From the NCBI GenBank assembly GCA_937944235.1, contig CALDYZ010000020.1, positions 1 to 48,002 of the forward strand: DNA of 48,002 bases, given 5' to 3'. The DNA is from Candidatus Dojkabacteria bacterium. GTDB lineage: Bacteria; Patescibacteriota; Dojkabacteria; J137. Positions 8,921 to 18,861 of the stretch are shown here, one piece after another. A program made the translations under genes and the position numbers. The number at the start of each line of letters is the position of its first letter. The first letter of the stretch is position 1. Under the pieces are notes generated by a model. It was not told the DNA's origin, made no database searches, and was given only the letters and a program-made list of their open reading frames with translations.

Positions 8921-10219
8921 ATGGCAAATATAATTACTGCTATTGATATAGGTTCTACAAAGATAGCTACAGTGATTGCTGGTATAGATGATTCATCTTC
9001 AAGTGTTAAGGTACTTGGAGAATGTACAGTTCCGTCTTCGGGTGTCAGAAAAGGAGAGATAACAAGTATAGATGATGTTGTGAATGCTATATCCGCTTCT
9101 TTGAACGGAGCTGAGAGAATGGCCGGCATCAGGGTTCCGTCTGCTTATGTGTCTGTAAATGGTAAAAATATATTGTCAAACAATAATAAAGGTGTTGTGA
9201 CAACATCAGATGTCGAGATTACGGAAGATGACGTGTTTAGAGCTTTAGAGCAAGCTAAAACTGTTTCTATACCGAATTCCCGTGAAATACTTCATGCTAT
9301 ACCGAGGGAATTTGTTGTAGATCAACAAAATGGAATTAAGGTACCCATAGGAATGACGGGTTCAAGACTTGAAGTGGATACTCATATAATATCTTTTCCG
9401 CAGACCACCCGATATAACTTAGAAAAATGTATACAGAGTAATGGTCTAAAGCTAGATGGTATAGTTTTTACAGGTTGGGCAGCGGCTCAGGCTGTATTGA
9501 CAAATACCGAAAAAGAGTTAGGTGTTTTATTGTTAGATTTTGGAGGAGGTACTGTTTCTATTACTCTTTTTGAAGAGGATGCAATAGCTTATAGTGCTGT
9601 ACTGCCATATGGAGGGAGTAATATAACAAGGGATTTAGCTGGTGTGCTTAAGGTTTCACTAGAAGATGCTGAAAATTTAAAATTACATGCTGCTAGTTTA
9701 CTCAAGACTAATGATGGTAAATATATACTTGATGACAAGGTAGATGATAGATCAAGAGAAGGTGAAGAAATGTCAGATATATCTGATATAATTGATGTTA
9801 GTAAGTTTAACATAGAAGGTGTTAAAACGATTTCACGCAAACTTTTTTTATCCGTTATAGAAGAAAGAGTACAAGAAATATTTGAATTTATAATCGAAAA
9901 TGTACAATCAGCAGGTTTTAACTATAAGTTACCAGCTGGAGTGGTTATTACAGGGGGCAGTTCACAACTACCATTTATATCCACGATGTCAAAAAAAACA
10001 TTTGGTGTATCTGCTAGAGTGGCTCATCCGAATGTGTTGAAAGGTTTAGTGGATGGTATATCAGATCCAGAATTTTCTGTTGTACAAGGTTTAATACTAT
10101 ATGGTATGCAGGATGAAATTTTTAGGGGTGGAGGAAATTATTCTAATTATAGGTCGGTAAACAGAAAAGGTTATGGTATTGGGAAAATAACAAATTTTAT
10201 CCGTAGGTTATTTCCTTAA
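8921..10219 (+). CDS. ftsA: Cell division protein FtsA
   Basis: Actin-fold phosphate motifs AIDIGSTKIATVIAG and LLDFGGGTVSITLF, plus VITGGSSQLP. C-terminal amphipathic helix GKITNFIRRLFP. Lies directly upstream of ftsZ. Confidence 0.95.
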   Translation: MANIITAIDIGSTKIATVIAGIDDSSSSVKVLGECTVPSSGVRKGEITSIDDVVNAISASLNGAERMAGIRVPSAYVSVNGKNILSNNNKGVVTTSDVEITEDDVFRALEQAKTVSIPNSREILHAIPREFVVDQQNGIKVPIGMTGSRLEVDTHIISFPQTTRYNLEKCIQSNGLKLDGIVFTGWAAAQAVLTNTEKELGVLLLDFGGGTVSITLFEEDAIAYSAVLPYGGSNITRDLAGVLKVSLEDAENLKLHAASLLKTNDGKYILDDKVDDRSREGEEMSDISDIIDVSKFNIEGVKTISRKLFLSVIEERVQEIFEFIIENVQSAGFNYKLPAGVVITGGSSQLPFISTMSKKTFGVSARVAHPNVLKGLVDGISDPEFSVVQGLILYGMQDEIFRGGGNYSNYRSVNRKGYGIGKITNFIRRLFP

Positions 10220-10260
10220 AATATTATATTTTATTTAATTAATAATTTACTTATAAAATT

Positions 10261-11403
10261 ATGCTAGTAAGACCACAAAGTACCATGTCTGCAAAAATTA
10301 AAGTGGTAGGAGTTGGAGGAGGAGGAGGTAATGCTCTAAATACTATGGTAACAGAATATAACATACAAGATGTAGAATTTATAGCTATAAATACTGATGC
10401 TCAGGCCTTAGCTGAATCAAAGGCTGACGTAAAGCTTAGAATAGGAGAGCAGATAACTAGAGGTTTAGGAAGTGGGGGAAACCCTGTTATAGGGAGAAAG
10501 GCGGCTGAAGAGAGTATAGATCAGATACACGAACATCTCGCAGGAGCGGACATGGTATTCATTACTGCTGGAATGGGAGGAGGTACTGGTACAGGTGCAG
10601 CACCTATTGTAGCTGGAATAGCCAAAAATTTGGGTGCTTTAACTGTGGCTGTAGTAACAAAACCTTTTAATTTCGAAATGAAACGTAGAATGGATGCTGC
10701 TTTAAAAGGTATCGAAGAATTAAAAGACAAAGTAGATACTTTAATTGTTGTGCCTAATCAGAGACTATTAGAAACTTTAGATTTGAATATCACTTTTAGA
10801 GAAGCGCTCAAAAAAGCAGATGATGTTCTAGCACAAGCTGTGCGTAGTATATCTAATTTGATAACTCAAACAGGTTTGATTAATGTTGATTTCGCAGATG
10901 TTAAATCTGTGATGTCTGATGGTGGTACAGCTTTGATGGGTATCGGAGTAGCTAAAGGTGAAGATAGAGCTCAAACAGCGGCCAAGATGGCTATAGAGAG
11001 TCCTTTGCTTGAGGTGTCGGTAGATGGAGCAAAAGGTGTATTGTTTAATGTTATAGGAGGAAAAGATTTGACCATGAATGAAATTAGTCAAGCTGCTGAG
11101 GTTATAAGGGAAAAAATATCTCCCGATGCAACTTTTATATTTGGTGCAAATATTGATGAATCTTATGAAGATATTTTTGAAGTGACTGTGTTAGCTACTG
11201 GTTTTGATATGGATTACAAAACTGGAGAAGTATCCTCGTTTGTACGGTCTGATAAAGTTTCTCAAACCTTTAAAGAAGGAGAATTTCAGCAACAACAAGC
11301 TAGTAGTTCTTCTTTTTCCTTAGATGGTAAAACTTCAAAGTATGGTCAACCAGATGATGATGAGTTTGATACTTTGCCAAGTTTTATGAGGCGTAGAAAA
11401 TGA
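10261..11403 (+). CDS. ftsZ: Cell division GTPase FtsZ
   Basis: GVGGGGGNALNTM, the tubulin signature GMGGGTGTGAAPIVA, and the C-terminal FtsA-binding peptide DDEFDTLPSFMRRRK. An alternative start is the Met at 10282. Confidence 0.97.
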   Translation: MLVRPQSTMSAKIKVVGVGGGGGNALNTMVTEYNIQDVEFIAINTDAQALAESKADVKLRIGEQITRGLGSGGNPVIGRKAAEESIDQIHEHLAGADMVFITAGMGGGTGTGAAPIVAGIAKNLGALTVAVVTKPFNFEMKRRMDAALKGIEELKDKVDTLIVVPNQRLLETLDLNITFREALKKADDVLAQAVRSISNLITQTGLINVDFADVKSVMSDGGTALMGIGVAKGEDRAQTAAKMAIESPLLEVSVDGAKGVLFNVIGGKDLTMNEISQAAEVIREKISPDATFIFGANIDESYEDIFEVTVLATGFDMDYKTGEVSSFVRSDKVSQTFKEGEFQQQQASSSSFSLDGKTSKYGQPDDDEFDTLPSFMRRRK

Positions 11404-11425
11404 TTAAAATTAATCCTTTTCATTT

Positions 11426-12229
11426 TCACTGAGTTTTTCTTGCCAGAACAATGAATCTTTGTGAGTTATTACCTAAAGGATAACAAGTGAATAAGGTTAA
11501 TGTGTCTGTGTTTGGTGTATTGCTTATTATGCTTAAATCTTGAGGGTTAACAACCTTGGTCCTAAATACAGTGTATTCGTATTTGGCTTCTTTGAAATCT
11601 AATATTATTTTGTCTCCTATTTTTATTTCTGGCAAAAAGGAAAATGCCAATTTTGGATCATTTTTTTGTGGATTATATATCATACTAGCACTATGACCAT
11701 AAATTACAGTATTGGATTTTTCGTCACTTAAAGGTAAACCAGTATATTTAAAATGCGCTAGTGTATTTTCTAAAACTTTTTGATATATTGACTCTGTATC
11801 ACTTTGAACATTTGGGGTTACTGGCAGATTATAAATACCTATTGAAGGTATGCTGATGAAGAATTTTTGTGTAAAAGATAATATGTTGGGATCCATTATC
11901 AATTTTCCACCTTTCATAGCTTTTTCAGTAAGTTCAGTTAAACCAACGGGTTTTGCTATGTAATTGTCAACTAACAGATATCCCTCTTCTACTGGGGTTA
12001 TATTATTTTGAACATCTTTACCTATTGCTAGTATCAAATTTTGATAGAGGTTATCAATAATTGGTATTGCCGCGATTGTAAAACCTAAAAGTATTGACAT
12101 TATTGATATAAATTTTTGAGCAAAATTTGCAGTACTTAGTGTATATTTTATATATTCAAATATATCTGCTAAAATTACTTTGAATTTTAACTTTTTTTGT
12201 TTTCTTTTATGAAAATAGCTGTCAATCAT
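11426..12229 (-). CDS. Sortase-family transpeptidase
   Basis: N-terminal TM, catalytic His in VIYGHSASM, the TLxTC motif (LTLFTCYP), and a downstream Arg (RFIVLARK). The track start at 12250 is a TTG; the ATG at 12229 is preferred. Confidence 0.85.
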   Translation of the reverse strand: MIDSYFHKRKQKKLKFKVILADIFEYIKYTLSTANFAQKFISIMSILLGFTIAAIPIIDNLYQNLILAIGKDVQNNITPVEEGYLLVDNYIAKPVGLTELTEKAMKGGKLIMDPNILSFTQKFFISIPSIGIYNLPVTPNVQSDTESIYQKVLENTLAHFKYTGLPLSDEKSNTVIYGHSASMIYNPQKNDPKLAFSFLPEIKIGDKIILDFKEAKYEYTVFRTKVVNPQDLSIISNTPNTDTLTLFTCYPLGNNSQRFIVLARKTQ

Positions 12230-12259
12230 TATTTTTTGTCTTTTTATCAATAAAATTAT

Positions 12260-13552
12260 ATGGCAATAAAATCAGAAGATAAAGATACAATAAGATTTTT
12301 AATTGCTAAAGCATCTAAACAAGGTTATATAACGCATGATGAGATATTAGAGTGTTTTCCAGAAATAGAGGACAATTTACCTTTATTGGAGGTTATAGTG
12401 GATACCCTACAAGATGCACAGATCGAAATAATAGAATCATTGAGTGATGATGATCTAGACTGTTTATCAGAAAGTAATAAAAAACATACTGGTCTTTCCT
12501 TTGAAGAGAAAATTCAAATTTTAAAACAAATAAAAACACATGTAAGTACTGAGCCAATGAGAGCATACTTGTATGAAATAGGTAAAGTTCCTTTATTGAA
12601 TGCAGAAGAAGAAATAATATTAGCTAAAAGAATTGAAGAGGCTGATAAAGAATTTATCAGAATAATATCTGAAATTGGTTCTCGGTCAAATTCAAAACCA
12701 GCTTATAAAAAAGCTTTTGAAGTTATTAAGAAGGGAATATTGAGAGACCCTCTTATAGATGAAGCCAAAAAGAGCATTATAGAGCATGATAAAATGTATA
12801 TGAATTCCGTCATAAAGTCAGGTTTAGAGGCAAGAACAGTATTGATAAATGCTAATTTACGGCTAGTTGTATCGATAGCTAAAGGTTACGCTAAAAGAGA
12901 GCTAAACATATTAGACTTGATCCAGGAAGGGAATTTGGGATTAATGAGAGCGGTAGATAAATTTGAATACAGGAAGGGGTTTAAATTTTCAACTTATGCT
13001 ACTTGGTGGATAAGACAGGCTATAACCAGAGCTTTGGCTGATCAAGGAAGGACTATTAGGATACCAGTGCACATGATTGAAACCATAAACAAATTGAGTA
13101 GAGTGTCGTCAATGTTAAGTACAGAGTTAGGAAGAAAACCTACACATGCAGAAATTGCAGAAAGAATGGATTTGCCAGTGGAAAAAGTACATGAAATAGT
13201 AAAAATAGCCCAAAAACCTCAATCTTTAGAGTCTCCATTATCTGAAGATTCGGATAGTGGTGCTTCATTGAGTGAAGTTATACATGACGAGTTCACTTCA
13301 TCTCCCCAAGACATAGCAACATGGTCCTATCTAAAAAAACAAATTAATCAAGTTTTAAGTGGACTCAGTGAAAGAGAAAGGAAAGTATTGGAGCTAAGAT
13401 TTGGATTGAAAGATGGCGTTGCAAGAACTTTAGAAGAAGTTGGGCATGAATTTAATGTTACCAGAGAAAGAATTAGACAAATTGAAGCAAAAGCCCTGAG
13501 AAGAATTAAAAATGATAGTTTTGTGCAAGCACTAAAAGACTATTTGGATTAG
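12260..13552 (+). CDS. rpoD: RNA polymerase primary sigma factor
   Basis: Region 2 LIQEGNLGLMRAVDKFEYRKGFKFSTYATWWIRQAITRA, region 3 IRIPVHMIETINKL, region 4 TLEEVGHEFNVTRERIRQIEAKALRRI. Confidence 0.95.
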   Translation: MAIKSEDKDTIRFLIAKASKQGYITHDEILECFPEIEDNLPLLEVIVDTLQDAQIEIIESLSDDDLDCLSESNKKHTGLSFEEKIQILKQIKTHVSTEPMRAYLYEIGKVPLLNAEEEIILAKRIEEADKEFIRIISEIGSRSNSKPAYKKAFEVIKKGILRDPLIDEAKKSIIEHDKMYMNSVIKSGLEARTVLINANLRLVVSIAKGYAKRELNILDLIQEGNLGLMRAVDKFEYRKGFKFSTYATWWIRQAITRALADQGRTIRIPVHMIETINKLSRVSSMLSTELGRKPTHAEIAERMDLPVEKVHEIVKIAQKPQSLESPLSEDSDSGASLSEVIHDEFTSSPQDIATWSYLKKQINQVLSGLSERERKVLELRFGLKDGVARTLEEVGHEFNVTRERIRQIEAKALRRIKNDSFVQALKDYLD

Positions 13553-13570
13553 TTAAAAAAAATCTTTGTT

Positions 13571-14389
13571 ATGCTTGACGTTAACTTTATGAACAATTTA
13601 AAATTGTGGCTTTTGCAAGCGAAGTATGATTTATCTGTTAGTTTAATTTCAAAGGAGAATCATTTTTTGGAGTGGGCCATGTATCAATCTTTACAATCAT
13701 CAGAAAAATGCTTAAAGGGACTAATCTCGATAGTTACCAGAGATATACCGAAAACTCATAAATTATCCTTTCTCTATAAATTTATAAATAAACTTGGCAT
13801 TAAAAATATACCTGTTGATATTTCGTCAATGAAAAAATTGGAAGTATACGTTTACGTATGTAGATACCCATTTATAATAGATTCCTCCAATGTTCCTCAT
13901 AATTTGATATCTTTAGCAGATGTGAATTTTAGTATTTTAACCGCTGAACAATTGTTGAAATATTCGGAAGGTTATTTAACAGGAGATATAGATGTAACCA
14001 ACCATTTTGTCAATGATGATAGTATTTTAAGATACTGGGATAGAAAAGAAATTTTAGATATATTAAATCTTATAATTCAAAATATAATTGAAAATGGTAA
14101 ATATAAGGTTTTAAAAATAATCTTGATTGGTGATTATGCAAGAGACTTTGCACAGAGAATTGATAAAACGATTGATCTTTTGATAATTGTTGAAAAAGAT
14201 TCAAAAAACAATTTTGGATTTATAGAATTAACAAATTTTTTTAATAATTTATTAATAAATTATGACGTTAACTTAGATATAATTGCTTATAGTAAAGAAG
14301 ATTATGATGCTTTTATGTACATAATGAAAGATGGATTCCTTGAGTCTGCCATAAAAAATGGGAAGGTACTCTGGGAGTCAAACAAATAA
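13571..14389 (+). CDS. Fused HEPN-domain / minimal nucleotidyltransferase-like protein
   Basis: The N-terminal half has a HEPN-like helical pattern (WLLQAKYDLSVS...EWAMYQSLQSSEKCLKGLI...CRYPF). The C-terminal half has an MNT-like strand-turn motif LIGDYARDFAQRIDKTIDLLIIV (compare GSYARG...SDIDLL). Confidence 0.65.
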   Translation: MLDVNFMNNLKLWLLQAKYDLSVSLISKENHFLEWAMYQSLQSSEKCLKGLISIVTRDIPKTHKLSFLYKFINKLGIKNIPVDISSMKKLEVYVYVCRYPFIIDSSNVPHNLISLADVNFSILTAEQLLKYSEGYLTGDIDVTNHFVNDDSILRYWDRKEILDILNLIIQNIIENGKYKVLKIILIGDYARDFAQRIDKTIDLLIIVEKDSKNNFGFIELTNFFNNLLINYDVNLDIIAYSKEDYDAFMYIMKDGFLESAIKNGKVLWESNK

Positions 14390-14428
14390 TGGTTAATGTT
14401 AATGATTTTAATATATAAAGAGTTTAGA

Positions 14429-15895
14429 TTATTTAGCTTCTACGGTCTCCCTAAATTCTCTTATAACTGTTACTTTTACAACGCCGGGATATTTCTGGTT
14501 TTCTTCTATTTCTTTAGATATATTATGTGCAATCAGCGTAGCATCTTCATCCGTGGTTTCTTCAGCTTTAAGTATGACCCTAATTTCTCTACCTGCGTAA
14601 ATTGCATAAGCTTCTTTAACACCTTTTTGCCTTAATGATATGTCTTCCAATTCTCTTACCCTTTTTACATAATCCTCATAATTATCACGGCGTGCACCTG
14701 GCCTGGCTCCAGATATTGCATCTGCTATTCTAACAATTTCTGCTTCTATTGATTTAGCTTCAATGTCAAAATGGTGTGCTTCCACTGCATTAGCTAGTAT
14801 TTCATCATTTGGAAAATACCTTCTTGTTATTTCACCTGATATATGGTGATGTTGTTTACCTTCCTCTGGTAAAACTTTGCCAATATCATGTAGTAAGCAT
14901 GCAAGCTTAGCTAACTTCACATTCGCCTTTAGTTCTATAGCTAGTGATTCCGCAATTTTTACCATTTCTAGAGTGTGCGTTATTAAATTTTGTCCATAAC
15001 TAAATCTGTATTTAAACCTCCCTAAATACATAATAATTTCGTTAGGAATGTTATTTATTCCAGCAGAATATACAATTTTTTCTCCAGTTTTCTTGATTTC
15101 TTTTAAAATGTCTTTTTTGACTTTTTCAATTGTTTCTTCTATTGAACCAGGATGAACTCTGCCATCTTTTAGCAATCGCTGAATAGCTAAACTTGCAACT
15201 TCTCTTCTTATAGGATCAAAACATGATACTGTAACTTGGTTAGGAGCATCATCTATAATTAGATCAACTCCAGTCAAGCGTTCAAAAGTTCTAATATTTC
15301 TACCTTCTTTGCCAATAAGCTTGCCTTTAAGGTTTTCATCTTCTATTGTTATTGTGGTTGTCGTGGTTTCTGCAACATAGTCAGTAGCAGCATTAAGCAT
15401 ATTTTCTACCAAGAGGTCTCTAGCTTTTTTCTCAATTTCAAAGTTTATTTCATTTTCTGCTTCTTTTATTTTTTTTACTTTCCAACTTTTTAGTTCATCC
15501 TCAACTTTATTCATTATATGTTTTTTTGCTTCTTCCCGAGTAAAGTTTGCTATTTCTTGTAGTTTTTTATCTAACTCTAAAGTTTTTTTTTCTAATTCTG
15601 CGGACTTGTCTTGTATTTCTTTCTCTTTTAGCAAAATTTTGTCAAACTTTTCATCAAGTAAACGATCTCTCTGGATCAACTTGCTTTCTTTGTCTTCTAA
15701 TTCTTTTTGTAACTTTTTGATTGCATTCTCTTTTTCGGTTAGATTTTTATGTGGTATAGCTTTACTTTCATTTTTTTGTTTATTTATTTCGCTTTCTAGA
15801 TCATCTAATCTTTTTTTGTAACTTTGACTCTTGGTTATATAATAATAAAGTGATCCAGACAGAAATATTACAAATAAAACAATTAATAGTTCCAT
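14429..15895 (-). CDS. rny: Ribonuclease Y
   Basis: N-terminal TM, long coiled coil, KH domain (LIGKEGRNIRTFERLTGVDLIIDD), and HD domain (HTLEMVKIAE...LLHDIGK...EAHH). Confidence 0.95.
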   Translation of the reverse strand: MELLIVLFVIFLSGSLYYYITKSQSYKKRLDDLESEINKQKNESKAIPHKNLTEKENAIKKLQKELEDKESKLIQRDRLLDEKFDKILLKEKEIQDKSAELEKKTLELDKKLQEIANFTREEAKKHIMNKVEDELKSWKVKKIKEAENEINFEIEKKARDLLVENMLNAATDYVAETTTTTITIEDENLKGKLIGKEGRNIRTFERLTGVDLIIDDAPNQVTVSCFDPIRREVASLAIQRLLKDGRVHPGSIEETIEKVKKDILKEIKKTGEKIVYSAGINNIPNEIIMYLGRFKYRFSYGQNLITHTLEMVKIAESLAIELKANVKLAKLACLLHDIGKVLPEEGKQHHHISGEITRRYFPNDEILANAVEAHHFDIEAKSIEAEIVRIADAISGARPGARRDNYEDYVKRVRELEDISLRQKGVKEAYAIYAGREIRVILKAEETTDEDATLIAHNISKEIEENQKYPGVVKVTVIREFRETVEAK

Positions 15896-15979
15896 AAAAT
15901 TTCTCTAAGTATTTAAACATAGCAAATTATACCACTTTAATTTAGTTCGAGTGATGCTGACAAGAAGCAGCGGTCAAAT

Positions 15980-17185
15980 CTAAATATTTAGAATTTTAAC
16001 TATTCTGTCTATTATATTTTTTCTTTGTTTTTCTTGGATTTTTTTACTCTTTTTTTTATTGACTCTTTCAGGGTGGTAGTATTCGCCTTCTACTATTACT
16101 TTGTAATTAGATAACTCAGATTGCATCTGTGAAATATATTGATTTTTTAGCTGTAACAATTTATTTAAGTTCGCAATCATTTTTTGTAGATCTTCGATAT
16201 TTTTTCTTTGTATTTCGGTAATTCTTTCTTGTTCTTTTGACTTTTTTTCTAATTCTGTGAACATTTTTGCGTTTGAGTGTATTGTTTTAAATTCTTCTCC
16301 CTCCACAATAGTATATATCAATTCAATCTCGCTTATACCAGTATTCAGATGATTATTGATCTCAGAATCGTTTGGATCCCTATTAAGAATTTTCTTATAA
16401 ACGGATTTTATCATCTCTTTCCTTTGATTTCTGTCCATAATGTTATTACTTTGTTGTGTATTCGTTGAAGTATATTTGTTACCATTCTTGTCGCTACCAT
16501 TATAACTACTTGTCGATGTAAATGGCATCAGATCCATATCTAATCCTTCATTGTTATAGTCGGTGGTGCTATACACAGACTTTTTGTTTATATTCTTAAA
16601 AAAGTTGATCTCTTCCTGATTTATTTTATTGTTATTTAAGAATGTATTTAATGAATCTGCTATTTTTTCAGTTACAGCATTTAACTCTTGGTCATTATTT
16701 AAAATTTTGATGTCATCTTCGTTATCAATAAAAAGAAGTTCCAAACATGTGCCAGGTATGGCGTTTTCACTTAATACAATTAATTTTTTTAATTCGTGAT
16801 CATATTCGCTTTTTGCTCCGAGGTTTGTCCAATTAAATTTTAGTGACAACTCGGAGGTTATGAATCTTGCAAGTTTTTCCGATCTGTTATTTTCGTTGTG
16901 TTCACCGCAGTACCATGCTTCAACACCTCTTTTGCCTCCGTCATTTATGTGAAATTCAAAAAAAATATCTCCATTTTCAACTGATACTTTTTGCTTTTTT
17001 ATCCAATTTAAACGATCAAGCAAATTTAGATCTAGCGGTACAGTTATATAATCAACATTAAGCCTTATTAAGTGTGGAATTATCATAGATAAAAGTTTCC
17101 TGGTCAGATCTGCTTCTCTCAAGCCTTTGAACACGACTCCTGGATTATCTATTGTATGTGCAGCTGAAATAACAAGTTTAGACAT
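15980..17185 (-). CDS. N-acetylmuramoyl-L-alanine amidase (Amidase_3-like) with DUF4214-like module and C-terminal coiled coil
   Basis: Amidase_3 pattern VISAAHT..NPG, FFEFHINDG, GVEAWY, CLELLFIDNEDD. Then MIKSVYKKILNRDPNDSEINNHLNTGISEIELIYTIVEGEEF (DUF4214-like). Then heptad-rich KSKEQERITEIQRKNIEDLQKMIANLNKLLQLKNQ. The start overlaps the parB stop by 8 nt. Confidence 0.75.
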   Translation of the reverse strand: MSKLVISAAHTIDNPGVVFKGLREADLTRKLLSMIIPHLIRLNVDYITVPLDLNLLDRLNWIKKQKVSVENGDIFFEFHINDGGKRGVEAWYCGEHNENNRSEKLARFITSELSLKFNWTNLGAKSEYDHELKKLIVLSENAIPGTCLELLFIDNEDDIKILNNDQELNAVTEKIADSLNTFLNNNKINQEEINFFKNINKKSVYSTTDYNNEGLDMDLMPFTSTSSYNGSDKNGNKYTSTNTQQSNNIMDRNQRKEMIKSVYKKILNRDPNDSEINNHLNTGISEIELIYTIVEGEEFKTIHSNAKMFTELEKKSKEQERITEIQRKNIEDLQKMIANLNKLLQLKNQYISQMQSELSNYKVIVEGEYYHPERVNKKKSKKIQEKQRKNIIDRIVKILNI

Positions 17186-18056
17186 TTTGGCTAATTTTTT
17201 TAACTATATTATCTAATTCCTCATCATTATTGAAAAGTATAACTATTTTCCCGCCCTTATTTGATCTGCTAATAGATACTCTTTCTCCAAATGTATTCTT
17301 AAATATTTTTTCTATTTGCAAAGTTTTCTCATCATTCACAATTATTGAATTTACTCTTCGATTTTTGGTTTGTCCTTTGTTAATTCTTCTGACTAGTTCT
17401 TCAACTGCTCTTACTGATAAATGATCTCTTACAACTATTTTGTATGTTACTAAGATTTGATCTTCATTTGTAAGGCCCAATAATGCTCTGGCATGTCCTT
17501 CTGATATTTTCTGTTCCAACAGACCTTTTTTTACTTCATCAGGCAAAGATAACAATCTTAACTTGTTTGCTACTGAAGGTCTACTTAATCCTACCTTTTT
17601 TGATATTTGTTCATGAGTTAAGTTAAATATTCTTACCAGTTGCTCAAATGCCATGGCTTCTTCTAGTGGATTAAGGTCTGCTCTTTGAATATTTTCTACT
17701 ATAGCAATCTCTAACATTTCTTGTGGTGATGATTCTCTTATAACTACAGGAACAAAATCCAATCCAGCTAATTTAGCCGCTCTTAGTCTTCTTTCCCCTG
17801 CAATAAGTTCATAAGTTCTATCATCGATTTTGGTCACTAACAAGGGTTCAATTATACCGTGTTCTCTGATTGAATCTGCCAATTCGACTAATTTTTCTGG
17901 ATTCATATCTATTCTAGGTTGGTAACGATTAGGTTTTATGAATTCTACTGGCATTTTTAGAACAAAACCACTCTCCATTTGACTAGAATTTGTATGCTCC
18001 AAATCTTTTTTTATCAATGCAGATAACCCTCTACCTAATGATGTTTTATCACTCAT
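17178..18056 (-). CDS. parB: Chromosome partitioning protein ParB/Spo0J
   Basis: ParB box IAGERRLRAAKLAG, and HTH EQISKKVGLSRPSVANKLRLL. Confidence 0.95.
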   Translation of the reverse strand: MSDKTSLGRGLSALIKKDLEHTNSSQMESGFVLKMPVEFIKPNRYQPRIDMNPEKLVELADSIREHGIIEPLLVTKIDDRTYELIAGERRLRAAKLAGLDFVPVVIRESSPQEMLEIAIVENIQRADLNPLEEAMAFEQLVRIFNLTHEQISKKVGLSRPSVANKLRLLSLPDEVKKGLLEQKISEGHARALLGLTNEDQILVTYKIVVRDHLSVRAVEELVRRINKGQTKNRRVNSIIVNDEKTLQIEKIFKNTFGERVSISRSNKGGKIVILFNNDEELDNIVKKISQNV

Positions 18057-18861
18057 ATACTTTTATTAAAGGATTAACTAAGTCTATATTATCAAATCTT
18101 TTGATGAATTCTGTAGCAAGATTTCTAAAAGCAATAGAGCCAGAGGAGTGCTGAGAGTATATTGAGATAGGTAAACCATGTGACGGAGCCTCGGATAATT
18201 TAATGTTTCTTGGTATAATAGTAGAAAATAGTTTTTTATCAAAGTATGTATTAATTTCTTTGTAGATCTCCTTACTTAAGTTTGTTCTTTGATCATACAT
18301 TGTTAAAAGCACACCTCCAACTTCTAATTTAGGATTCAAGCTTACTTTTATTAGGTTAATAGTATCCACAAGTAATCCTAGACCTTCTAAAGCAAAATAT
18401 TCTGCTTGAACTGGTATTATAACGTAATCAGAACAAACAAGACTGTTAATTGTTAATAATCCTAATGATGGTGGACAATCTATGAAAACGAAATCAAAAT
18501 ACTTGCAAACATCATTTATTTTCCTTTTTAATATTGTTTCACGACTTAAAGCAGCAACTAACTCAACTTCTGCTCCAGCCAAATCTATTGTTGCAGGTAT
18601 TAAATATAAATTTTCATTATGGACTTTTTGATCCTTTATGTCTTCATAATTAATGGTATTATTACTTATGAGTAATTTATATGTGTCAACAATTACATCT
18701 GAGTCTCTAAATTGATACCCAAATCCAGATGTTGTATTAGACTGAGGATCTAGATCTAACACTAGAATTTTCTTTCCTAGAATCGATAGTTCATAAGATA
18801 AATTTATGACTGTGGTTGTTTTGCCGACACCACCTTTTTGGTTACTAACGGAAAGTATCAT
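18049..18861 (-). CDS. parA: Chromosome partitioning ATPase ParA/Soj
   Basis: Deviant Walker A NQKGGVGKTTT, VLDLDPQ, and Walker B FVFIDCPPS. Confidence 0.95.
   Translation of the reverse strand: MILSVSNQKGGVGKTTTVINLSYELSILGKKILVLDLDPQSNTTSGFGYQFRDSDVIVDTYKLLISNNTINYEDIKDQKVHNENLYLIPATIDLAGAEVELVAALSRETILKRKINDVCKYFDFVFIDCPPSLGLLTINSLVCSDYVIIPVQAEYFALEGLGLLVDTINLIKVSLNPKLEVGGVLLTMYDQRTNLSKEIYKEINTYFDKKLFSTIIPRNIKLSEAPSHGLPISIYSQHSSGSIAFRNLATEFIKRFDNIDLVNPLIKVYE

Noticed and set aside
8851-11091. Minus-strand ORFs 8851-9129, 9589-9840, 10521-10730 and 10828-11091 overlapping ftsA and ftsZ.
   Set aside because: They are antisense to two unambiguous, highly conserved genes. For example, the antisense of the Gly-rich FtsZ signature gives Pro/Ala runs.
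14396-14635. Plus-strand 79-aa ORF overlapping the 3' end of rny. The same applies to 15606-15821, 16277-16468, 16867-17061, 17230-17424, 19363-19551, 20860-21096, 24120-24398, 24861-25046, 25782-26408, 26935-27261, 29201-30073, 33194-33445, 33845-34102, 34585-34929, 37431-37643, 41670-41870, 43067-43378, 44338-44667, 44904-45143, 47206-47436 and 47641-47838.
   Set aside because: All are antisense or out-of-frame within longer ORFs that have recognisable motifs or consistent operon structure. None shows independent support.
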